DNA of 64,000 nucleotides from a virus. A model generated the notes under the pieces. It was not told where the DNA came from. It saw only the letters and a program-made list of their open reading frames with translations, and searched no databases. The translations under genes and the position numbers were made by a program. The stretch lies in the IMG/VR virus record IMGVR_UViG_3300031616_000002; one strand, written 5' to 3'. This document shows positions 38,222-46,611 of this stretch, one piece after another (position 1 is the first letter of the stretch; the number at the start of each line of letters is the position of its first letter).

Positions 38222-38892
38222 ACACTCTCTGTCGGGTCTGCAATCTCCGGCTGCCAGAGCCCCCGGCGCGCGTATGTCTGATCTGCCGCAAGAAGACCAC
38301 CGATAATCTGACCTACCTCCCCTATGCATTCAGGGCCCTGTCGAATCTCCTGGAGCCGGGGGCGCATGATCAGTCGGGTATTCGTACGGCGTCGGGCAGT
38401 CGGCCGCCGCTATCGATTCCTGTCCTGTCTCTCCTGGGGCAGGATCAACTCGATGGCGGTATCAGCGGGGATCAGAACGACCAGATCGGTGCCCCGTCAA
38501 TCCTTACCGTCCTCGGTACGTGGCAGCGCATGTGGTATCAGCTGGAGCCGAGGGGGTCGCGACCCAGCGCGCGAGCCTATGACGTGAGCTACACGGCAGG
38601 ATGGTTGATCAACCGGCAGCAGTGGGCCGTGGTAAACCTGGAGCCCTACTTCGATTTCTCCCGCGAAGTCAGCAAGGTTGCGCATGCCTGCCTGATCATG
38701 CTGGCGGAGGAGCGCGATAAAACCATTCGCATTCCCGGGCATTGCCCGGTGCCGGATATGGAGAATGAGGGAAAGCCCTGCGGTGCGCTGCTGTCGGTGC
38801 AATCGAATGATGAGGTCATTCGGTGCTATCGCTGCGGTGGGATATGGCCGCGTCATGCGTGGCCGTTGCTGGGAAAGCTGATGGTGGCATGA
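38218..38892 (+). CDS. Phage zinc-finger protein, possible late-gene regulator
   Basis: CRVC..C..C N-terminus; G.CP....CG..L....I.C.RCG.W C-terminus; typical position before late genes. Confidence 0.55.
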   Translation: MNTLCRVCNLRLPEPPARVCLICRKKTTDNLTYLPYAFRALSNLLEPGAHDQSGIRTASGSRPPLSIPVLSLLGQDQLDGGISGDQNDQIGAPSILTVLGTWQRMWYQLEPRGSRPSARAYDVSYTAGWLINRQQWAVVNLEPYFDFSREVSKVAHACLIMLAEERDKTIRIPGHCPVPDMENEGKPCGALLSVQSNDEVIRCYRCGGIWPRHAWPLLGKLMVA

Positions 38893-39455
38893 CGGAATAC
38901 AGAAGGTGTTGTGTTCGAGATTGCGAGGCGCCTGCCTACAACGATTATCGGCGTTCGCTTCAATTTTGTCGACAGCATGGCATAGAGGCCATGCAATCAT
39001 TGGCACTTGGTGACATACCGGAAAGTACCGCGAGAATGCTTGCCAGCCGAGGGGTGCCAGTTCCGCCCTCTCCTCAGGAAATAGCAGAAGAGGCAGCACG
39101 ATCACAGCGTGAGGCTGCGGCGGCTGCGGCGTGTATGGCTGTAGATATGGATTCGTTCGGCAATGCCAATGAATTGCCGATGGTATATTTTGTTCGGTTC
39201 CCAGGGCTGGGGTTCATAAAGATAGGCACGACAACCAATCTCAAGAAGAGATTGGATGCTCTGCGGACATCCGTGCCGGATGGTGACTTGGAGGTTTTGT
39301 TGCTACTTCCGGGCAGCTATGATCTCGAAAGGAGTATGCATCGACAGTTTCGTCATCTTCGAGTCAGGGGGGAATGGTTTAGGGCCGATGACGAGTTGCT
39401 TGATTTCATCGATGAACGCAGGCCAAAAAATATGCAAATCAAGGAGCAGGGATGA
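38889..39455 (+). CDS. T5orf172/GIY-YIG-like domain protein
   Basis: VYFV....IKIGTT.NL..RL..L...ER.MH.QF...RV.GEWF. Confidence 0.82.
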   Translation: MTEYRRCCVRDCEAPAYNDYRRSLQFCRQHGIEAMQSLALGDIPESTARMLASRGVPVPPSPQEIAEEAARSQREAAAAAACMAVDMDSFGNANELPMVYFVRFPGLGFIKIGTTTNLKKRLDALRTSVPDGDLEVLLLLPGSYDLERSMHRQFRHLRVRGEWFRADDELLDFIDERRPKNMQIKEQG

Positions 39456-39706
39456 GTAGCTCGATCGAATGGTGGAAAGATTCGTTTGATCCAAGGCATC
39501 CTGGCCCGGACTGGGTCGGCATAGATGTCGCTGTCAAGTGGTCAGGGCGTTCAGCTAGCACTATCCGGCTATGGGCAACTAAAGGGCGCGTTCGGTCGAT
39601 GGTGATACGCGGGCATGCTTTCTATCTTCAGGCGGACATCCCGGAGCGCGTCATGCGTGGAACGTGGGAGGTGCACCCTCGGGCCAAATCCTGCCGCCGC
39701 TCTTGA
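39452..39706 (+). CDS. Small HTH DNA-binding protein
   Basis: DVAVKWSGRSASTIRLWATKGRVRS. Confidence 0.55.
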   Translation: MSSSIEWWKDSFDPRHPGPDWVGIDVAVKWSGRSASTIRLWATKGRVRSMVIRGHAFYLQADIPERVMRGTWEVHPRAKSCRRS

Positions 39707-39730
39707 CGCGGAGCAGAATCTGCGTAAGAT
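39703..39730 (+). promoter_or_regulatory. Putative promoter for the late/lysis block
   Basis: TTGACG-N16-TAAGAT, followed by a GGTCGC-TTCG-GCGGCC-T6 hairpin at 39760-39781. Confidence 0.4.
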
Positions 39731-39806
39731 CAACTCATCTTGGAATTTCTGTACTCAGCGGTCGCTTCGGCGGCCTTTTTTCATGCCCGCACCCTGGAGG
39801 TGGACC

Positions 39807-40217
39807 GTGCCCAATGTCCAGAGGTTCACCCGCGTCGAGGGTGATGACCTCGCACATCTCGTCTGGACCATGCATGGCGAGGGCAGCACCGACGGCTATC
39901 CGTACGGCCTCTGCGGGGCCTACGCCCGGTATGAGACACCGCGCGCCCTCGCGCCCTACGAGACCCCGGACGAGGTCCCTGAGGGCGAGCCTGCGCCGGA
40001 GGCGGCCCCGGTCGAGGTGTGTGACAAGTGCGCTCGTCTGGCGAGGGGTGAGCAGTTGCCCCCGGAACCTTACGATCTTGGTCCCAATGAGATCAGCGCA
40101 GAGGAGATGGCCAGGCGTTTTGCTGAAGACGCGGACGAGCCGGAGACGGTTCCTGAGTCGGCGGAAGAAAGTGAGAATGGCCACACGGTCCGGCCGCTGC
40201 CGAACGGGAACAGCTGA
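39807..40217 (+). CDS. Hypothetical protein, acidic C-terminus
   Basis: GGAGG RBS; H...LCG...CDKC. Confidence 0.55.
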   Translation: MPNVQRFTRVEGDDLAHLVWTMHGEGSTDGYPYGLCGAYARYETPRALAPYETPDEVPEGEPAPEAAPVEVCDKCARLARGEQLPPEPYDLGPNEISAEEMARRFAEDADEPETVPESAEESENGHTVRPLPNGNS

Positions 40218-40723
40218 TGACGAGGGTCATGTATGACGCGGTCTCGGTGCCCAATGTCCCGGCTGGGGCGACTCTCGTAGCCGGTTACGATGACGGCTAT
40301 TACACCGACGTGGCTGCCTTTGAGGCTCGCTTTCCTCACGCGAAGGTAGTACCGATCACGGTGTTCGCGTCCGACAATCTGGGTACCGTGCTAGATGTCG
40401 AGACGGGCGATGCCACCCCAGCGCAGGCGCCGGGATGGGTGAAGATGCGGCGCGCTGCCGGTGTCGACCCAACGGTCTATTGCAACAGCTCCACGTGGGA
40501 TGCGGTGAAGGCGGCGTTCTCTATCGCCGGAGTAGCACAGCCCCACTATTGGATTGCTCAGTATGACGGTATTGCCGTCATCCCGGCCGGGGCTATTGCG
40601 AAGCAGTATTCCGATCCCGGTCCGTATGACCTGAGTGTCGTGGCTGATTACTGGCCGGGTGTGGATCCTGCGCCGTCGCCCCCGCCGGTGCAGGTTCACA
40701 AGCTCATCGAATTTGGAGATTGA
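40217..40723 (+). CDS. GH25-like glycoside hydrolase (endolysin component)
   Basis: MYDAV, AGY.DG, LDVETGDATP, PTVYCN.S.W, YWIAQYDG and AKQY. Confidence 0.6.
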   Translation: MTRVMYDAVSVPNVPAGATLVAGYDDGYYTDVAAFEARFPHAKVVPITVFASDNLGTVLDVETGDATPAQAPGWVKMRRAAGVDPTVYCNSSTWDAVKAAFSIAGVAQPHYWIAQYDGIAVIPAGAIAKQYSDPGPYDLSVVADYWPGVDPAPSPPPVQVHKLIEFGD

Positions 40724-40724
40724 G

Positions 40725-41084
40725 ATGTCGTGCGTTCAGGTTCCTGCGGGATTCGGGTGTGATTCGGCGCTTGGTGCGCCTAACTGGAGCAAGGCGGTGA
40801 CTCTCGGCTTTCCGCCCAATGGCGATCCGACCGAGGGCGTCAAGGCGACCTATCTTCGTGTGGGTTGTGACGGTGGTAAGGCCCGCTTGCGTGTGGCGAC
40901 GCGTGGCGGCGCGGGTACTAACTGGGCGGTGCATGATGTCGCGGTTGACGCGGCTGTCGGCCCTGTCAATGTTCCGCTGGCGGCTGGGGTGTGCTTCGCG
41001 AGTGTTCTTCGCGCTCCTTTCTCGGCTACGGATAAGGCTGACGCGGTTCCGGTTGCTGTGTGGTCCTGGTCTACTGCGGCATGA
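40725..41084 (+). CDS. Hypothetical protein in lysis block
   Basis: GGAG RBS. Confidence 0.5.
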   Translation: MSCVQVPAGFGCDSALGAPNWSKAVTLGFPPNGDPTEGVKATYLRVGCDGGKARLRVATRGGAGTNWAVHDVAVDAAVGPVNVPLAAGVCFASVLRAPFSATDKADAVPVAVWSWSTAA

Positions 41085-41120
41085 GGATTGACTTCAAGAT
41101 CAACTGACCGGGGAAGCGAC

Positions 41121-41591
41121 ATGGTTGCGCAGATCTCTTTCCGTGGAGTCCTGCTGGATCAGCTCACCATAGATGCGATCTCTCGGGCTGAGCACCTGCT
41201 CGGGTATCAACTCTCCTTCCCGCAGGGATCGTGGTCGAGCGGGGTCACTCTTTCCGCTGGTACGCATGACGGCGGCGGTGCGGTGGATGTCCACGTTGCA
41301 GGAATGTCCGACGCTCAGCAGATTTCTATCGTGCATGCACTCAGGCAGGCTGGCTTCGCCGCGTGGCGGCGTACCCCGTCTGAAGGATTTGTCTATCATG
41401 TTCATTGCATCCTGATCGGCGATTCGGCTGTATCCCCCGCCGCCGCCGGTCAGATAGTTCAATGGGATGCACATGAAGATGGACTCAAGGATCACGGACC
41501 CGATAGCGACTCTGTGGATGTCGCTGCGGGACGTCCTCCCCTGTGGTCACCGCCACCAGCGGTGAGACCGTTGATTAATCTAGGGGAATGA
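41121..41591 (+). CDS. Zinc (LAS/M15-like) peptidoglycan peptidase (endolysin component)
   Basis: SAGTHDGGGAVD (H-x6-D), GFAAW.R and YHVHCI. Confidence 0.72.
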   Translation: MVAQISFRGVLLDQLTIDAISRAEHLLGYQLSFPQGSWSSGVTLSAGTHDGGGAVDVHVAGMSDAQQISIVHALRQAGFAAWRRTPSEGFVYHVHCILIGDSAVSPAAAGQIVQWDAHEDGLKDHGPDSDSVDVAAGRPPLWSPPPAVRPLINLGE

Positions 41592-41592
41592 A

Positions 41593-41958
41593 ATGAACCG
41601 CAATGCTTTCCTTGGCATCGCAGAGCGCGTCGCGGCGACATTCGCCTTCGCGTTCCTTGCCATGTGGATTCCGGCCGCACTATCGATCGCTGGTACCGGC
41701 AACTGGCAGGGTCTGCTGGCGCTGTCGGTACTACAGAAGGCTGCCGTCGCAGGACTTGCAGCGGTTCTCTCGCTCGTCAAGTCGCTCATCTCTACGCAGG
41801 TCGGCAATCCAAATTCAGGCGCACTGCTTCCGAACTGGCTTCTCAAGTCGGCTGGGGCGGCCACTTGGGAAGCCGCCCCAGCTCCGATCGTGGTTCCTCC
41901 GGTCGCTGCTGGGGCACCACCAAAGACTTATGTTCCTGTTCTGCCTACGGGCCCGTGA
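41593..41958 (+). CDS. Holin
   Basis: ERVAATFAFAFLA...AGLAAVLSLVKSL....G...S; two TM segments; follows the endolysin genes. Confidence 0.75.
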   Translation: MNRNAFLGIAERVAATFAFAFLAMWIPAALSIAGTGNWQGLLALSVLQKAAVAGLAAVLSLVKSLISTQVGNPNSGALLPNWLLKSAGAATWEAAPAPIVVPPVAAGAPPKTYVPVLPTGP

Positions 41959-41977
41959 ATCAACAAGGAGATAGGCG

Positions 41978-42322
41978 ATGCCAACACCGGTCATCATCCC
42001 GCTCACTGAAATCACTCGTGCCGGTGTCGCGCCTCCTACGGCAGTTACCGGGGATACCGTCAATGGCCACTACTTCGTCAATGACGGGCTTGCCATCCTG
42101 ACTGTCGCCAACTCGCTGGGTTCTACCGGCACGGTGACGATCGTGCTGCCGACGCTGTATGACGGTCAGGCGGTCGCATCCAGGGTCATTACCATCCCTG
42201 CCAACGCGGTGGAGCACAAGATCGGTCCATTCCCTGTGTCGAATTACGGGAATCCGGTCAACTTCACTACGAGTGCGACGACCCTGACCTTCCGTGCCTA
42301 CCACATTTCCAATACCGGCTAA
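41978..42322 (+). CDS. Putative virion decoration-type beta protein, paralog 1
   Basis: TEITRAGVAPP...GDT.NGH..NDG...DG.AV..RV.TIPA...IGPFP..YG. Confidence 0.6.
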   Translation: MPTPVIIPLTEITRAGVAPPTAVTGDTVNGHYFVNDGLAILTVANSLGSTGTVTIVLPTLYDGQAVASRVITIPANAVEHKIGPFPVSNYGNPVNFTTSATTLTFRAYHISNTG

Positions 42323-42334
42323 GGAGGGTAAGCA

Positions 42335-42676
42335 ATGCCTCAGACTGCTGTCCCTGTTACTGAGATTGTTCGCGCTGGTGTCGCTCCTCCGGCGGCGACA
42401 ACGGGTGATACCGCCAATGGTCACTCTGTTCCAAATGACGGCTTCATGTATTTCTCGGTGTCGAATTCACTGGGCTCTACCGGCACGGTGACGATCGCGA
42501 GCCCGCGCCTCATCGATGGAAGTGCCGTCAATGGTCGTGTGGTGACGATCCCGGCTAACGCTGTGGAGTTTCGCATCGGACCTTTTCCGACGGCGGTATA
42601 CGGTAGTACGCTGATCTTCACGGTCAGCGCGACGACCCTCACGCTTCGTGCCTATCACTTCACACCCGGGCAGTAA
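42335..42676 (+). CDS. Putative virion decoration-type beta protein, paralog 2
   Basis: Near-identical architecture to the flanking paralogs. Confidence 0.6.
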   Translation: MPQTAVPVTEIVRAGVAPPAATTGDTANGHSVPNDGFMYFSVSNSLGSTGTVTIASPRLIDGSAVNGRVVTIPANAVEFRIGPFPTAVYGSTLIFTVSATTLTLRAYHFTPGQ

Positions 42677-42687
42677 GGAGGAATCGC

Positions 42688-43026
42688 ATGGCTGCAACAG
42701 TAGTTCCCGTTACTGAAATTACTCGGGCCGGAGTCGCGGCTCCTTCTGCCGTTACCGGCGATACCGTCAATGGGCATGCCGTCGCCAACGATGGCAACAT
42801 GCATATCTCGGTATCGAATTCCGCTGGTTCCAGCGGTACGGTAACGATCTCTATCTACCAGACCCTTGACGGTTTGTCGGCTGCATCCAAGGTGGTTACG
42901 GTGCCGAACGGTGCTGTGGAGTATCGCATCGGGCCGTTCCCGACGGCGGTCTACGGGCCGACGCTGAACTTCACCGTGAGTGCAGTGACACTGACCCTGC
43001 GGGCCTATCACACGACTTCGGGGTGA
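42688..43026 (+). CDS. Putative virion decoration-type beta protein, paralog 3
   Basis: Same motifs. Confidence 0.6.
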   Translation: MAATVVPVTEITRAGVAAPSAVTGDTVNGHAVANDGNMHISVSNSAGSSGTVTISIYQTLDGLSAASKVVTVPNGAVEYRIGPFPTAVYGPTLNFTVSAVTLTLRAYHTTSG

Positions 43027-43029
43027 TAC

Positions 43030-43506
43030 ATGGCCACCTACGCACAGATCCTTTCGCTCTACCAGGACAATGCAGAACTGGCATCTCTCATCACCGGGAT
43101 GATGCCAGATGGCGTTACGCCGATCGCTACAGTGCAGCGCTACAGCGCGGGTTTCATGTCGACCGGGCAGTCGGCGAAGCAGTATGTGGGTAAGCAGGCC
43201 ACGAGCGCGACCCTCACCACGACGGTGACGCTGGAGACTGTCACCACGGGCAAGACCTTCTACATCAGCGACATCTTCGTTTCGACTGACGGCATCAAGG
43301 GTGCCACTACTGCGATTGACTTTCGGCTTCAGGCTGCCGGAACTGACATCTTCCGCAGTAACGTTCATGACCTATCGGCCATTGAGATGGCTGGCATCGA
43401 GACGCAGCCCTTCGCTACTTCAGGTCAGGTTGTCACCATTTCCATCCCACCCACCAGTGGCGGCGTGGAGAATGTATGGTACAACGTGTACGGCTGGGAG
43501 CAGTAA
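43030..43506 (+). CDS. Putative structural protein (Thr-rich, beta)
   Basis: Composition and position. Confidence 0.45.
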   Translation: MATYAQILSLYQDNAELASLITGMMPDGVTPIATVQRYSAGFMSTGQSAKQYVGKQATSATLTTTVTLETVTTGKTFYISDIFVSTDGIKGATTAIDFRLQAAGTDIFRSNVHDLSAIEMAGIETQPFATSGQVVTISIPPTSGGVENVWYNVYGWEQ

Positions 43507-43865
43507 TGCCATTGACGATTTCGAACTGGACTGGCGATGGGATCGTCGATCCTAATATCGCCACGGCAATCGAGCTTCCGGATTCGGGTTCCAGCATCTT
43601 GATTACGGGTACGGTTACTGCCACGGGTGGCACTCGCACGTCGGTAACCGGCTCGCCTCTGACCGCCCCGTCGCCCCCGGGCTCTGGCAGCATCTTCTGG
43701 TTGATTCAGGTACATACTGGAACGGGTGCCGCAACAATCAAGCAGTCCACGGTATCTATGCCAGCCGCTGATGCCACCAATGTGGTCGTCTTTCAGCAGA
43801 CCTTGGTTCCCTCGTCTACGGATGAGGCGCTGGTAGCGACGGATGTCACTCCGGATACCTATTAA
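43506..43865 (+). CDS. Putative structural protein
   Basis: TAATG coupling; Thr/Ser-rich. Confidence 0.45.
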   Translation: MPLTISNWTGDGIVDPNIATAIELPDSGSSILITGTVTATGGTRTSVTGSPLTAPSPPGSGSIFWLIQVHTGTGAATIKQSTVSMPAADATNVVVFQQTLVPSSTDEALVATDVTPDTY

Positions 43866-43876
43866 AGGAGAATGTC

Positions 43877-44353
43877 ATGGCCGTAACCCAGCCACGTGCT
43901 GGCGCTGGCGGTGGAACGCCGCCGTCGCCCGCTCCCCTCTTCAGCGATGGCCTGGCTCTCAATGAGATGCAGAAGGGCCAGGACGGCGCCGTTTCCGAGC
44001 ACAACCCGGCATCGTCCGGTGGCGCCCCGGCGTCGCCGCTCTTCTACCCGGCCTCGTATCACGACGACAGCAATACGGACACGCACTCGCCCGACTACCC
44101 GGCGAACTATGACCCCGATAACCCGTACGGGATTGGCAATAAGCCGGGTGCTTCGGGCAATGGTGAGCCGGAGGGTCGCGTCGGCGTGGGAACCGTTCAT
44201 GGCGCTCTCGGTATCTACGAGGGCCAGGAGGTTCAGAACGGGTCGACCGGGGATTTCCCCTTCGTGAATCCGCAGACCACGTATTCCAACAGCGACTCGA
44301 CCTTCGGCGGCGACATCGACTCAGGTGGCGATGCTACCTGGAAAAATATGTGA
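43877..44353 (+). CDS. Gly/Asp/Pro-rich low-complexity protein
   Basis: AAGGAG RBS; acidic, probably disordered. Confidence 0.55.
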   Translation: MAVTQPRAGAGGGTPPSPAPLFSDGLALNEMQKGQDGAVSEHNPASSGGAPASPLFYPASYHDDSNTDTHSPDYPANYDPDNPYGIGNKPGASGNGEPEGRVGVGTVHGALGIYEGQEVQNGSTGDFPFVNPQTTYSNSDSTFGGDIDSGGDATWKNM

Positions 44354-44357
44354 CGTC

Positions 44358-44732
44358 ATGACAGACAATGTGCATGACGCGCGTATCGATGGTGGGTCTG
44401 GATATCCGGCAGCGGATTACACCGGCTATCCGCATGGCGCGCAGGGATCCGATGACGCGGGGCTGAATACCGGCGTATTCCAGGGCACTCTCCCCCCGGG
44501 AGATCGCCTCAAGGACTACGGCACGGACTACCCTTTCCCGGATGCGTTTCCGCGTACTTCTACGGCGACGGAATTCGGGTCGGGTAGTTCGGGTGCGCCG
44601 GATACGCAGACCGATGAGGCGGGGCAGATGGCGGCCTATCAGCAGGGTGTCACTGATATCTTCGGTCAGGTTCGGCCGTCTATGAGTCCGACGACGGCCG
44701 GGCTCAAGCTGGAGCTGGAAGAGCCGCAGTAG
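44358..44732 (+). CDS. Gly/Asp-rich low-complexity protein
   Basis: Similar composition to neighbours. Confidence 0.5.
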   Translation: MTDNVHDARIDGGSGYPAADYTGYPHGAQGSDDAGLNTGVFQGTLPPGDRLKDYGTDYPFPDAFPRTSTATEFGSGSSGAPDTQTDEAGQMAAYQQGVTDIFGQVRPSMSPTTAGLKLELEEPQ

Positions 44733-44745
44733 GAGGGAGGTAGCG

Positions 44746-45024
44746 ATGAGCGATGGCCCCACGGACGATGGCTCGCCGCCGGGTGCGATGAGCGGTATGG
44801 TAATCCATCCTCGCGTTGGTCCGAATGGTGATGGCTCGCCGGATATGGTGGGCGTGAACCTGTTCAGCTCGGACGGCACTTTTGCCCCGATGGATATGGA
44901 TACCGGCCGTGATAATCCGGTGCAGGAAATGCCGGGTGCGCGTCCTGATCCTCCCTTCGGGGCTGCGGATGCGCGTGTCGGCACGTGCACGATTCAGGAT
45001 GCACTCGCATTCCCGGGGCGTTGA
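44746..45024 (+). CDS. Gly/Asp/Pro-rich hypothetical protein
   Basis: GGAGG RBS. Confidence 0.5.
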   Translation: MSDGPTDDGSPPGAMSGMVIHPRVGPNGDGSPDMVGVNLFSSDGTFAPMDMDTGRDNPVQEMPGARPDPPFGAADARVGTCTIQDALAFPGR

Positions 45025-45027
45025 GCG

Positions 45028-45336
45028 ATGCCGGTTTCACATTCTCGCTGTACGGATTGCAATGTACGCATAGAGGGGTCCGGGCTTTGTCCCGCGTGTA
45101 GGCGTGCTCGATATGCGCGCCGCCGTCATGTGTACACGAGCAAGCTATGGAAAGAGCATCTGCGACCACAGGTGCTTAGCGAGGAGCCGGTGTGTCGCCT
45201 ATGCGGATCGCCGTGGGTACGCCAGGTCGACCACAAGATCGATATCGAGGTCCGGCCTGACCTGGCGTATGAGCGGTCCAATCTCCAGGCGATTTGCGAT
45301 GAATGTCACGGCAGAAAGACGCGCAGCGAGGATTGA
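45028..45336 (+). CDS. Small HNH endonuclease (packaging-associated type)
   Basis: EP.CRLCG...QVDH......DL.Y...NLQAICDECH.RKT. Confidence 0.85.
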   Translation: MPVSHSRCTDCNVRIEGSGLCPACRRARYARRRHVYTSKLWKEHLRPQVLSEEPVCRLCGSPWVRQVDHKIDIEVRPDLAYERSNLQAICDECHGRKTRSED

Positions 45337-45347
45337 ATGGGGCAGTC

Positions 45348-45758
45348 ATGACAATACTACCGGGCGATAGTGTATGGCTGCCGAACCCTGAAGAGCATGA
45401 CTTTCCTGCCGCACTGAGCTATCTCGACCTTTTGTGGCCTGATGACGATGTGGATATCGCGCAGGTCGTTGCCGAGCTGCGCGCCGCCGCGACAATCGTC
45501 AAGATGGCCAAGGATATCCTCCGCGCGTCTCGGCTGGAGCTGCTTCCTATGAGCAATGCGCACGTGAATAGGAATATTCACAAGTTCCATAAGGGCAAGC
45601 TGCTCTCGCCGGTGCTCCTGGTGCGTGGAAATCCGCTGATCATTGCAGATGGCTATCACCGCATCTGTGCCGCATATCATCTGACAGAGGATCTCGAAGT
45701 GCCCTGTCGGCTAGTGAGCCCGAGGATGCGCGATGGCATTCGATCTTACGCTTCTTGA
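45348..45758 (+). CDS. ParB/Srx-fold-like conserved protein
   Basis: EEHDFPAA.SYL, AKDILRAS.L and LSPVLLVRG.PLIIADGYHRICA. Confidence 0.65.
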   Translation: MTILPGDSVWLPNPEEHDFPAALSYLDLLWPDDDVDIAQVVAELRAAATIVKMAKDILRASRLELLPMSNAHVNRNIHKFHKGKLLSPVLLVRGNPLIIADGYHRICAAYHLTEDLEVPCRLVSPRMRDGIRSYAS

Positions 45759-46254
45759 TCAGTTCAGGAAGACGCCACTGCCTGCCGGATATCCGGCGGA
45801 CATCAGAACGCTGTACAGCCCGAAGGACGATGTCCACGCAGGCCTGATGATGCTCCTCAAGTCAGCCAAGTCGCGCGTGCATATCGCCATGTACGGGTTT
45901 GACGATGAGGAACTGGCTCAGGTTGTCCTGGAGCGGATGCAGGCCCCGAGTGTCTCGGTCAGCCTCACATTTGATTCATCGCAGGCCAGCGGGGTGCATG
46001 AGCGCAAGCTTCTCGCCGGTGTGAATTACCCCGCCACCTCGATTGCTGTCGGTCGCAGCGAGCGCGGCGCACTGATGCATATGAAGTGCATCGTCGTGGA
46101 TGATATCCGTATCAGTGGCTCGACGAATTGGTCCAGCGGCGGCGAGTCGTTGCAGGACAACGAGCTGACGATAATCTCCAATGCGCTTATTGCGAATGAG
46201 GCTGCCGGTCGTATTGCGGAGATCCACGCATGGATGCTCGCGCGCGCGGCATAA
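45733..46254 (+). CDS. Phospholipase D-family (Nuc-like) protein
   Basis: Single HKD motif HMKCIVVD...SGSTNWS...DNE. Confidence 0.82.
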   Translation: MAFDLTLLDQFRKTPLPAGYPADIRTLYSPKDDVHAGLMMLLKSAKSRVHIAMYGFDDEELAQVVLERMQAPSVSVSLTFDSSQASGVHERKLLAGVNYPATSIAVGRSERGALMHMKCIVVDDIRISGSTNWSSGGESLQDNELTIISNALIANEAAGRIAEIHAWMLARAA

Positions 46255-46275
46255 GAGTGAAAGGTTCTATTCAAC

Positions 46276-46533
46276 ATGGCGACGCCATCTGTTGGCCGAA
46301 GCGTCCACTATGTAAGTTTTGGAACACCCGTTCGACCCGATGGCACCCAGACCTACGCGTCTGTGTGTCGAGCGGCCATCATCACGGAGGTGATGACCAA
46401 CGATGGTGTGGTCGGACTCGCGGTGTTCAACCCCACGGGCATGTTCTTCCACTCGGCCGACCACGACGAGTCGGCACTTGCTGGAGCACGCCCGAAGGGT
46501 GGCACTTGGCACTGGCCGGAACGTGTCATATAG
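46276..46533 (+). CDS. Conserved phage hypothetical protein
   Basis: PSVGR.VHYV...RAAIITEV...GL.VFNPTG...GTWHWPER. Confidence 0.7.
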   Translation: MATPSVGRSVHYVSFGTPVRPDGTQTYASVCRAAIITEVMTNDGVVGLAVFNPTGMFFHSADHDESALAGARPKGGTWHWPERVI

Positions 46534-46611
46534 CCTCTGACCTCCTGTTCTCTCCGTCTCATGTCGGCCTGCTAGCGTCCTAAGCTCCCCCGAGAGACTA
46601 GGAACACGCAG

